Source: Octopus sinensis
Lineage: Eukaryota
Assembly (NCBI RefSeq): GCF_006345805.1
Contig: NC_043000.1
Coordinates: 123,690,001 to 123,754,000 of the forward strand
Length of the DNA stretch: 64,000 bases
Reading direction: 5' to 3'
The notes beneath the pieces were generated by a model that did not search any database, was not told the origin of the DNA, and saw only the letters and a program-made list of their open reading frames with translations. A program made the position numbers and the translations under genes. Every line of letters begins with the position of its first letter. Position 1 is the stretch's first letter. Positions 24,601 to 37,723 of this stretch are shown here, piece after piece.

Positions 24601-27600
24601 AGAAACTCTGCCGGATCAGATTGGAGCCTGGTGCAGCCATCTGATTCGCTAAACCTCAGTCAAATCGTCCAACCCATGCCAGCATGGAAAGTGGATGTTA
24701 AACGATGATGATGATGATGATTCCTCATGGCTTTGATAATATAAAGGAAGCAGACAATTTATCAACAGAAGTACTAACAACATGGCCTGAATAGTGTGAT
24801 TTTCATTTAAGAAACCACAGTTGTAAACCACTAGACTTGTATGCACACACACACACACAAGGCGTAAATAATGGTCTTTACATATTTTTTTTTTTATTGT
24901 AGTAAATTTGATTTACAGCTTGCAAAGAACAGTGTGTAATGATATTATATATGCCTTGTCTTGTATATCACTCTGTAAAAAAAAAATCCAGTATAACAAG
25001 AGTACAACCATAGATTTACAACATAGAATGGTGATGAATTATAACCTTTGGCCCTGCTGCAAGAATCCTCAAAGTTCTTTACTAATCTAAATAATATTGT
25101 TAGCTTGGTATACTAATGGAAAAGGCAGCGAGCTGGCAGAAACGTTGGCACGCAGGACGAAATGCTTAGCGGTATTTCATCTGCTGTTACGTTCTGAGTT
25201 CAAATTCCGCCGAGGTCGACTTTGCCTTTCATCCTTTTGGGGTCGATTAAATAAGTACCAGTTATGCACTGGGGTCGATATAATTGACTTAATCCGTTTG
25301 TCTGTCCTTGTTTGTCCTCTCTGTGCTTAGCCCCTTGTGTGTAGTAAAGAAATAGGTATACTAATGGAAAGCTTATAACATATTTTACCTGGAATGATAA
25401 TTCCATCACTAATAACTCTGTTATATATAATACATACATACACACATGCATAAATATATATTATACATACACATATATATATATATTACATACATGCACA
25501 CACACACACACATATATTATACATACATACACATATATATAACACATACATGCACACACACATATACATACATACACATATATAATACACACACATATGT
25601 AGTTAATTCAAAAAATGGAGATAAAAAGACAAGAAAAAAACAATGTGAGGACATAGCACATGCAAAGCTCAGAGAAGGAAAAGAGTGGTTGTTTTACATT
25701 TTGAGCATAGCTTTTCATCAGAAACAGAAAACATAGGAAAGTCCAAAGGAGAAGGAAGGAGGAGGAAAAAAATCACCAACTGTCCACATGTAGTTATAAT
25801 ATGCACATACATCATCATTTAACATCTGCTTTCCATGTTGGCATGAGTTGGATAGTTTGACTGAGGACTGGCGAGCCGGGAAGCTGTACAAGCTCCAATC
25901 TGATGTGGCAAGGTTTCTACAGCTGGATGCCCTTCCTAATGCCAACCACTCCAAGAGTGTAATGGGTGCTTTTTATATGCCACCGGCACAAGAGCCAGTC
26001 AGGTAGCACTGGCATCAGTCATGCTCGAATAGTGCTTTTTCTGTACCACCAGCACAGGTGCCAGTCAGGCAGCACCGGCATTGGTCACGTTCGAATGGTG
26101 CTTTTTACATACACACACATGAGCTCGTTAATGGACACAATAAAAGACATGAGTGATTTTGTGGTGTGATCATGATTTGCCTTGGGTATATAAAGTTGAG
26201 ATAAGAATAAAGGACTTGCCACACTTTGTTTTTGTAGATTCAGATCATTCTTCATTCAGCAAAATTATCCTTAAAAGCATTCCAGCCAAGACTATCACTT
26301 CTTTTAAATGGATATGTCTAGGACTACATTATACCCATGTGTCCTTCCCTTTTTTGAAAACAGATGTGACTTTAATGAGATTTGGCCATTGTTTCTAGCA
26401 GATCGAGTAACCATATCATGAATGGTTTAAATGCCCATTGATTCAGGGATTTTTATGGATAATGACCTATGTATATGTGTGTGTGTATTTGTTTGTGTGT
26501 CTGTGTTTGTCCCCCCAACATCGCTTGACAACCGATGCAGGTGTGATTACATCACCGTAAGTCCTGGGGTCAATTTGCTCGACTAAAGGCAGTGCTCCAG
26601 CATGGCCCAGTCAAATTACTGAAACAAGTAAAGAGAGTAGTTTAAATCAGAGATGTAAAGTTTGGTTTATTTTTTAGTTCTGTTTATCTCAAATTTTTTT
26701 TTTGGCAATAAAACTAAAAAATTTCATAAACCAAAATTGAAAATTCAAATTTGAATTCCAGTTTTTTTTTTAAATTTTAACATTCCATCTGGGTATTCAT
26801 TGGCCTTTGGAAGATAATGGCAATGAGAAAGGAACTCAGAAAAGAGAGGTAGTAAACCTACTACATAGCATCTGCTGCAGCTCGCTGTTGTCCTATAGTA
26901 AATACTATCTATAACTGCTGTTATGTAATAAGAGGAATGAGGTGTGTGACAGTTAACATAGTACAACACATGCTGAAAGATGAGAGACGAATGCTACTTT
27001 GGTGAATCATCAGACACATGGTAATATGAGAAAAAAGATGTCAAACTCCTGATGAATATGTTGTGAATTGGGGGTTGATTTTGTTGGCAGCTGATGTGGA
27101 AGGATAGGTGAGGTAGTTTCTTTGAGATGAAAAAAAAACAGAAGCTTTATTGTAAGCTATCAATAAAGCAAGAAATAGAAAGGAATTATATTTAGAATAG
27201 TTGTTCTCAACTGGAGTCCACATGGCTGTGTGGTAATAAGCTTGCTTCTCAGCCACATGGTTCTGTGTTCAGTCCCACTGCATGGTATCTTAGGCAAGTG
27301 TTTTTTACTATAGCCTCAACAATTTTTTTTTAGGCAATTCTTAATAATATTTAATTATAAAAATATCTCTTCCTGTTTTTACTTGTTTCAGTCATTTGAC
27401 TGTGGCCATGCTGGAGCACCATCTTTAGTCGAACAAATTGACCTCAGAACTTATTCATTGTGAGCTTAGTACTTATTCTATCAGTCTCTTTTACCGAAAC
27501 ACTAATTTACGGGAACTTAAACATACCAACATCAGTTGTCAAGCTATGGTGGGGTGACAAACACAGATGCACAAATACATACACACTCACACACACACAC

Positions 27601-30600
27601 ACACATTCATACTTTTATAACATAGCTTTGTGTAATCACATCATCATACAGAAAATTGAAGTCATAGATCATCACTTTATTAAATTGGTCTTCAAACTAA
27701 ATATTCATTTTTTTTTTCATAGAATTGAAATGGAGAAAAAAAACATATTTAAGCACCAATATGAACGCAATATAAAAGAGCAACTGACCTGTTGGGAGAA
27801 ATCATACTACATGCTATAGTATACTATAGAACATGTTTATATTTTTTGGCCAACACTGTGTCATAGATATATGTAATCATCTTATGCACATACGGTGTCT
27901 TTATGGACAAAAAAAAAAAGAGGGATCAGCTGGGCTTAGTTTCAATCTTGTGTTGGCATTTCATCAGCATCTGAGTACCCTCTTTATCTATCCACAAAAT
28001 ATTGCTTATAAATTCGATGACTGGCATCTGTGCTAGTGGAGCGCTAAGAGTACCATATGAGCGTGATCATTGCCAGAACAACAAACTGGCCTCCGTGCCA
28101 GTGGCACGTAAAAGAAACCATTCCAGCATGATCAATACCTGCATCGCCTTACTGGCACTTGTGCTGATGGCACGTGAAAAAACATTCAAGCAAGGTTGTT
28201 GCCAGTGCCGCTGAACTGGCTCCTGTGCAGGTGGCACATAAAAAGCACCATTTGAGTGTAGCCGTTGCCAGTACCGCTTGACTGGCCCTTGTGCCAGTGG
28301 CATGTAAAAACACCCACTACACTCTCGGAGTGGTTGGCACTAGGAAGGGCATCCAGCTGTAGAAACTCTGCCAGATCAGATTGGAGTCTGGTGCAGTCAT
28401 CTGGCTCACCAGACCTCAGTCAAATCAGCCAACGCATGCTAGTATGGAAAGTAGACATTAAACGACGATGATGATGATGAAATTCATCTCTTATTATAAA
28501 AGGCAGATTTTATCTGCCTCCCTTTGTAACTTATAGAAATCTACAATATAGGATTTCTTCAATTACAATTTACCTAGCATTTTTAAGAGTAGAATGCATC
28601 GGGTCATGCCAGGTCCAGTTTTTAAAATTTAAACTCCAATTAAGCAAAATTTACAGAAAACTCACATTTTGGTGTGTATGTCAAATGCTTTTCTTAATGT
28701 GGTTTACACCACACGCACACGCACACACACAGTGTGCGACGAATAAAATGAAAGTAAATAGCGACAGTGATTTGAGGAAGACTAAACTGAAAGTATTTAA
28801 ACCACTACTCAAAAAATAAAAAAACACAGCAAACAGAAACAAATAAATACATAACGATTTACTCCTCACACAATTTCTTCAATTAGAGTTTACCTAAGAT
28901 TTTTCAAAGTACTCCATTCGGTCATGCCATAATATATTTCTTTCAATTTCACCCCCAATTAAGACAAAATTCGAGAAAACTCAATATTTTAACATTTCAC
29001 TCCGAAAGCATTGATGTACATGTGTGCGTGCGTGAGTGTGTGTGTGTGTGTTTGATGGGTTGTGCGACACAGAAAGTGTGGTGTGTAAGTGAAGTGCTTT
29101 TGTTAGTGTGTGTAAAGAGACAGACAGAGTGAAAGACAGAAATAACTGAACTTTTTTTATTCACTTTTTGTAGTGAGTGACTGAGAGAGAAAAGAGAGAG
29201 AGAGGTTATGTATGTATGGCTTCAGTGACACACACACACAAAAACACATACCTACGTACACCTAAAGCACGCACACACACACACACAAGCGGAGCGCGAA
29301 CTTCAAAATTTTGGTAGTATTAATTTGCGAGCGTACTTCTAAGCACGCGTAATTGAAAGTTTTCACTATGATATCATCACGTGCGAAAAAATTCGAAGGG
29401 TTTTGAACAATTGAGATACAGATGTCACGCCTGTATTGAAACCATTGCTAAGCTGCCGTAATTGCTTAATTAAGACTTTGTTTAAATTGAAAGGGGCAAA
29501 TATGTGACGAGGTTGAAAAAAAATACCCCAGAAAAAAAAATGTACTGCTGGTATTTATATAATTCACTACTATTTTGCTACAATGTCATGAAAAAGAAAA
29601 AATTTAGGTATGTAAATCGAATTCGCCACCCCCTTTTCCCCGTTCGCGTTTGTGTAAAAAAAATTATTATTTAAGTTTTAAAAATTATTTACTTTGTTCA
29701 AAAAATATTAATATTAATTAATTTTCAAGAATTATTTAATTTTATTCTGTAAAATAGTAATTAATTCATTTATTTGTAAATCCGCGAGGTTGTTACTCAG
29801 GCACCTAGAATGGTAACCTTCAACTAACACTATCTCCTCCGAGACCCTGCGGCGCAAGTTGACCAAAATTGAGAGTATAGCAGAATTTGCATTTATAACA
29901 TACCACATGCCAGATAAAATAGCAGAAACTGTTTATTGAACTTAATTTGATAGGAGGGAAAGTTAAGTGGAAAGGATTTCAAACAGATTCTCCAAATTGA
30001 ACCAACAACCAAGAGATCTAGCAGTTGACAAAGATCAAGTGGTTGAATGACATCCATAGTCTCATTTGCTCATGTTTGGAAATCCAGCAGGATAGTGTAA
30101 TGACAGTTGCTTTTGATAGGACCCTATGGAAGATGTGCCTACAGATTCTGCCCCCATGACCCTTTGAAGAATAATGGGTGGTGAAATGGATGGAGAGAGT
30201 TAAAATAGTTTGTAAAATAATCAGTAAAGCACTTTCCTGGTAGACAAGTTACAAGGATATGATTTTGTTATCTCAGGAAGCCTGTTGCTCTGTACTGTCT
30301 CATACTGGTATATATAATATCTAATAGCAAATATTTATTGATAAATTTATTTTCTTCCCTATTTAGTATAGTATATGTTTATATCACACACACACGTTAT
30401 ATTGTTAGGAGGTTTGCTTTGGGGCTAAATGACTTTTGTTTCAATCCCACAACACAGGGCAAGTATTTTCACACACACACACACACGGATACAGTTAGGA
30501 AGGGCATCCAGCCATAGAAACTGTGCCAAATCAGATTGGAACCTGGAGCAGCTCTCCAGCTTACCAGTTCCAGTTCACCCATGCCAACATGGACAGCAGA

Positions 30601-33446
30601 CATTAAATGATGATGATCATAACAAACCATTTAACATCTGTTTCTCTTGCTGGCTTGGCTTAAATTGTTCCACAGGAATTGGCTAGTCCATTTGACCGCA
30701 CTAATCCCTGCTGTCTTCTTTGGCTTGGTTTCTATGGCTGGATGCCCTACCTAACACTGACCACTTTTTGGAATGTACTGGGTACTTTCTATGTGGCACC
30801 AGCAGCAATGGGGTTACCAAGTTTGTTGCAAGACAAAACCCCTCAAGTGAGGAGTGGGAGTAGTATTGAGGGATAGAGAAAGGAGTTATGCACTCAAGAC
30901 GAAACATGGCTGCCTCAAGTGGAAGAAGGGGAGAGTGAGAGAGATAATGGTGGTGATGGCAAGTGGGCCAGAGGGTGGGGAGAATCAGTGAGGGTGATGT
31001 GTGTATGTGTGTGTATGTATGTGTTTGTGTGTATGTATGTGTTTGTGTGTATGTATGTGTTTGTGTGTATGTATGTGTGCGTATGTATGTATGTGTATGT
31101 ATATGTGTGTATGTATGTATATATGTGTGTATGTATGTATGTATATATGTGTGTATGTATGTATGTGTATGTATATGTGTGTGTGTATGTATGTGTGTGT
31201 GTATGTATGTATATATGTGTATGTATGTGTGTGTATATATGTGTATATGTATATAAATTTGTATGTAGAGGATGGGATTCCACACAGTTTTTATCTACCA
31301 AATTCACTCACAAGGCATTGGTCAGTCCAGTGCTATAGTAGCAGACACTTGCTCAAGATGCTGTACAGTGGGAGGGAATACAAAAACACATGATTGCAAA
31401 GTGACCTTCTTAAGCACACAACCATGTCTGAAAAATAAAAAAAAAATTTTTTTGTTACTTGCTTTGCAAACAAATCCTGAATCGGTAAACAAAATCGATG
31501 AGAATTTAACATTGTTGTTTTATTTGCCACTCTGTATTTGCTAGGTTTTTAAAAACTTTCCTCTAGCCTGTTTTATTTGTGTTCAGATTGTCATATTTAG
31601 ATTATAAAGGCTGGTTGCTTTATCAAGGTCTAAAAATACTTCAGCCTTCAATAGCTTGTTCTTTCTTTGTGGAGTAACACACGTCATTTAGCTACAATAA
31701 AACTACCACAGAAAACTGGATTGTTATTTTCAGTACTCCAGCATGGTCTCAACTACAAAAGTTTGCATTAAATATACCAGTTAGGTGGTGGGGAGCAACA
31801 CAAGTGGGTTAGTGCGTTCTTACTCACACCTTTACTTTCTCTCTCTTTCCCTTTCTTCTAAACAAGAAAATGGATTTATTTGTTACACTAGACATTTTTT
31901 TTCCTTTTTCTTGTTTCAGTCATTTGACTGTGGCCATGCTGGAGCACCGCCTTTAGTCGAACAAACCGGCCCCAGGACTTATTCCTTGTAAGCCTAGTAC
32001 TTATTCTATCGGTCTCTTTTTCCGAACTGCTAAGTTACGATGACGTAAACACACCAGCATCGGTTGTCAAGTGATGTTGGGGGGACAGAAACACACACAC
32101 ACACACATATATATATACATACATATATACAACAGGCTTCTTTCAGTTTACGTCTACCAAATCCACTCACAAGGCTTTAGTCGGACCGAGGATATAGTAG
32201 ACACATGCCCAAGGTGCCACGCAGTGAGACTGAATCCGGAACCATGTGGTTTATAAGCAAGCTACTTACCACACAGCCACAACTTCCCAATAAAAGTGAT
32301 CTTTTTCTTTCTTTTTCTTTTTACCCAATTGATTTACTTAAGCATCAGTTTTGAAGTATGCTTTAGAAGTTTATCTGAGGATAAAGAAATGAATTAGTAG
32401 GATCAATAATTCCCTAATGAAAACCTGGTGAAGGTAAAGAATATGCACACCCGGTGTTTAGGGTTAGTTTTAGGGTTAGGGTTATGCCGAAAACAGGTGG
32501 TGTACGTATTCTTTACCCCTGCCGAAAACATGGTACACATCCTAAATTTGCATTTATTTACTTCTCTTTGTATATTTGCGGGAAGAGTGTTCTTTATTCT
32601 GATTTTTGCTTTATTCATTTTGTTGTAAATTTATGCTTTTGACTTCAACAACACTGGAATTGCATAAGAATTTATCATCATCAATGTCATTCATCAACCA
32701 TACATTTAATTTTCTGTTGTTGGTATGAACTGAAAGACTTTTCTGTAGCTGGATGCCAACAGAAAAAAAGCAAACATAAAAAATCAATGACACTTTCGGC
32801 AAGTGTCTTCTTCTGTAACCTTTGGCCGACCAAAGCTTTGTGAGAGGATTTGATAGACAGAAACTGAAAGAAATCATATATAATCAGTGTGTGTGTGGTG
32901 TTTGTCCTCCACCACTGCTTGACAACTAGTGTTGATCTGTTTACATCTCCCGTAACTTAGCAGTTTGGCAAAAGGGAGATGGATAGAATAAGTACCTAGC
33001 CTTAAGCAAAAAATAAGTATTGGGGTCGATCCGTTCAACTAAAAACTTCAGCATGACCACAATCAAATAACTGAAACTAGTAAAAAATAGAAGATATATA
33101 TATACATGCATACATATATATATATATGAGTGGCTGTGTGGTAAGTAGCTTGCTTACCAACCACATGGTTCCAGGTTCGGTCCCACTGCATGGCACCTTG
33201 GGCAAGTGTCTTCTACTATAGCCTCCGGCCGACCAAAGTCTTGTAAGTGGATTTGCTAGACGGAAACTGAAAGAAGCCCATCGTACATATGTATATGTAT
33301 ATATATATATATGTGTGTATGTCTGTGTTTGTCCCCCCATCATCGCTTGACAACCGATGTTGGTGTGTTTACGTCCCTGTAACTTAGCAGTTCAGCAAAA
33401 GAGATCGATAGAATAAGTACTAGGCTTACAAAGAATAAGTTGTGTA

Positions 33447-33507
<61 letters not shown>

Positions 33508-33867
33508 GTTTTGTGTGTCTGTGTTTGTCCCCCCCCCCATCACTTGACAACTGATGTTGATGTTTTTACATCCCCATAACTTAGTGGTTCTGCAAAAGAG
33601 ACCAATAGAATAAGTACTAGGCTTTCAAAAATAAGTTCTGGGGTCGGTCGTTGCCAGTACCGCCTGACTGGCCCCATGCTGGTGGCACGTAAAAGCACCC
33701 ACTACACTGTCGGAGTGGTTGGCGTGAGGAAGGGCATCCAGCTGTAGAAACTCTGCCAGATCAAGATTGAAGCCTGGTGCAACCATCTGGTTCGACAGCC
33801 CTTAATCATACATCCAACCCATGCTGGCATGGAAAGCAGACGTTAAACGATGATGAGGATGATGATG

Positions 33868-33900
<33 letters not shown>

Positions 33901-36900
33901 AGAGTTACAGAATGGAGTATGGGAAATCTGGGCTACATATGTTTCTTAGTGAGTGGAAATCCAAGTGAGGTGCATACCACTGGCTACTCTTCAGGTCAAG
34001 GATATCTTGATTAGATTAAAGGCTACATTGTCACAAGGAGATACATGTTGATGCAATGTGTAGGAGGCACAGTATGTGAGGGATATATGAATGAGGGGAG
34101 AAATAAGTAAAAGAAGAAGGAAAGAAAGAAGAGAAAGAAAAATACATTCATGAAATGAAATAAAATATAGTGGAGTGAGAGAAAGGAAGAATTGGACTGG
34201 TGGTGGGGGGGGGTCCGTGACACAAAATAGTATTTTTAGCTTAATCATGGAATTCAATAGTGAGATTGACATTTGAAGAGATCATAAAATGGAGGGGGAG
34301 GGGGGAGAAATAGTTTTGGTCATGGGGGACAAAAGAAAATATATATGAATAAAGCAAGGTAGGGCAGGGAGTTTAAGCTAGTGATTTTTATGGTCAAAAG
34401 GCATAAATTGGTACAAGAAAAAAAAAAAAATTAATGTAGTGAAGGTGTATGTTGGCATATGTATTTGTATATTTACGGGTAGGAGGGGGGAGAGAAGAAT
34501 ATTTTAAGTAGTAAAAAAAAATATGGATAGAAAATTGTAATTGACAATTTAGGAATTAAAAGGGGAGAAAAAATATTGCTGGTTTAATACAGTGAGCTTG
34601 CAGAAACATTAGCATGCCGGGCGAAATGCATAGCCGTATGTTGTCTGCCATTACGTTCTGAGTTCAAATTCCGCCGAGGTCGACTTTGCCTGTCATCCTT
34701 TTGGGGTCGATTAAATAAGAACCAGTTACACATTGGAGTCGATATAATCGACTTAATCCATTTGTCTGTCCTTGTTTGTCCCCTCTGTGTTTAGCCCCTT
34801 GTGGGTAGTAAAGAAATAGGTATTGAGGGTGGATGAGTGGGAAAAAGAATATATGGGAGTTATAGGGAGACAAGAACAGGGTGGAGTTGTAATTATTTGT
34901 ATTTCGAGAATAGATTTAGTGCTCAATATTTGCAGGTGAATATTGTACTGCTGCATTCATTGACGGACAGCAAGCCAGGGAGCTGCACCAGATCCTATTG
35001 TCTGCTTTCACATGATTTCTATAACTGGATGCCCTTCCTAACACCAATCACTTTACAGAGTGCACTGGATGCTTTTTATGTGGCACTAGCACTGGTTTTG
35101 TTTACATGGCACCAGCTCATCGGTCTTCGATAAAAGTAAAGAAATCTGCAACCTTCCATCTCAACAAACCACTATTGTTCCTGAAAGTTGTTTTTTTTTA
35201 TATCCACTACAGATTGCCCGAAGCTAACTTTCTTCCTACAGATAATATTATCTGCTGTCAGTAGAGTAGCAAGCTGGCAGAATCATGAGCACACTGGGCA
35301 AGATGCTTTGCAGCATTTCATCCATCTTAACATTCTGAGTTCAAATTCTACTGATGTTGACTCAACATTTCATCCTTGGTGGGGTGGAGGGTTTCAATAA
35401 AATAAGTACCAGTTCAACACTGGGGTTCATGTATTTGACTTTCCCCCCAAATTGCCAGCCTCATGCTAAAATTTGAAATCAATATTATCTGCCGTCATTG
35501 AGTTTTCTTCTAAAAGCTCCAGGATTTGTCTAGGAAGACTGCGCGAAGGAGACAAATGAGAGTAAGAAAATATGTAGATCTGTTGGGGCTATGCCAAAGC
35601 AATGGGTGATAAGCAAGGTGTGATCTCATCAAGGTATGATCCTCTCAAGGCGTGATCCCATCTTGTCTTCTTGTCTTGAGACAGCATTCATCCAGGGCAG
35701 GTTGAGCTGGCTTCATTCATCCTCAATGTTGCATCACTCACAAATGCTGACCAGACCTGGCGATTTGAGGCTAACGGCCGCGTGATCTCCAAGCACTCCT
35801 TATTCCAGCAGTGAACATCGTAGATATGGGGGCCTAGGTTGGGTTCCAGATCAGCTTTGACTGTCATCAGCCAGGTTTTTTGTTGTCCACCACATCACTT
35901 TCGCCAACCCTGAAAGGGAGCTGGGGCAATTGCTTCGTAGATGAATCCTCCTGGTTGACGACGGAGGGCATGACTCAGCCAATGCAGACGTCTCGTTAGG
36001 ATGACTTGTCGGAGGGAGGTGACTTTGCACTAGTGTTGCACCGAATTGTTGGAGACAAAGTGATGCCATCGGACACAAAGGATGTGGCTTAGACAGAGGT
36101 GATTGATGGATTCTAGTTACTTAATATCTTCCACCCTCATCGGCCATGACTCGCTGCCGTAAAGGAGAATCGTTCAAACTAGTGCTTGGTAGATCCGTAC
36201 TATGGTGGTGCGTCGGATCTCAGATCCATCAGGAGGTTTTCAGGTCAGTCCCTCCGTAGTGCTTAAAATATGCTTGGCATTACATGGAAACAGTAAATGG
36301 AAGGCCATCAGATTGGCTGTGGAAGATGCAGAGGTTATTTTAAGGTGGCTCTGGATCTGGAGGCACAAACTCTATAAGGATCAGTACAAGCTGGACACAA
36401 GTTTGAGTTTAATCAACCCCAGACAGGTTGCCTGGGTGAGGGTGACTGATGCTGAAAACCTGAAATATTTAATGACCCCAGGAAATATAACCAATGATAT
36501 GTCCAGGTACATCACTGGATGATATATGACAAGCATAAAAGCTTATTTCATTGATTCACATGTGTATTAATATATGCATATGTTGTTGCTACTACTGTTG
36601 TCCTTGTTATTTTGACCTTGGTCAGCTCCAGTCAAGTAGGCCTACAATCAAAGATGTCTCAGCCATGACTATCGCCTCCTTCTAGATGGTATGATGGAAA
36701 TTGAGGAAGACATAGCTGCTGTTTCTAGCAAGGCATGTAAAAACATAGAAACTCCCTTGTTGCTTTATGTTTGTATGTGCATGTATATAAGCACGTGTGT
36801 GTGTGTGCCTGTGTCTGTCTGTGTATGTGCTTGTGTGTATATAGCAAGCATGCATGACTATGTAAAGCATTGACCTTTTCAGGGAGTGCACGCTACCGTC

Positions 36901-37673
36901 CGGTCTCTCATGACTTACATAACATGTGTCTTGTGACACCAGTATTTGTCATAGCATCCAAAGTACTTTGACACAGATTCCACCCCCACCTCACAATGTA
37001 TGTAGTTAAATAGGGGTGATGGTGCTGGAGAATTTCAATCAATTTTCTCTACTGGAATAGCAAATACAGCATAATAATAATAACAATAATAATAATATAA
37101 TAATAATAATAATAGTAGTAGTAGTAGAAGCAGATATCTCCCCTTAACAAGTCATCCATCATGTGATGTGTTGCATAAATAAAATGTGTCTATTCTGTAG
37201 TAAAACTGCTTCAAGAAAGAATAAAAACTTTTAATATTTCATTTAAATTTCCATTTTCAATTCCATTTCCGTCTTTTGTTGTTACACCAAGCATTTTTGA
37301 ATGTTTCCCTTTAATTTTAATCTTGTTTCTTTCACTTGTTTAAGTCACTGGACTGAAGTGAGGCTGGACCATAGCCTCAGAGGTGTCTTCGTTGAATAAA
37401 TCAACCTCTACTTATTTTTTTTATGCCTGGTACTTATTTTATCAGTCTCTTTTGCTGAACAGCTAAGTTACAGGGATGTAAACAAATTAGCACTGGTTGT
37501 CAAGTGGTGGTGGTGGAGGACAAACACAGACACACACACACCTATTAATGACTCGTAGGGACACCATATTTCGTTATGCAACTATAATATACTCCAGTAC
37601 TACAAAGTATATTAAATGCTTTTATAAGTGATGGCTATAATTTCTGTAGAAATAACCTTAACAAGTGATATAA

Positions 37674-37723
<50 letters not shown>

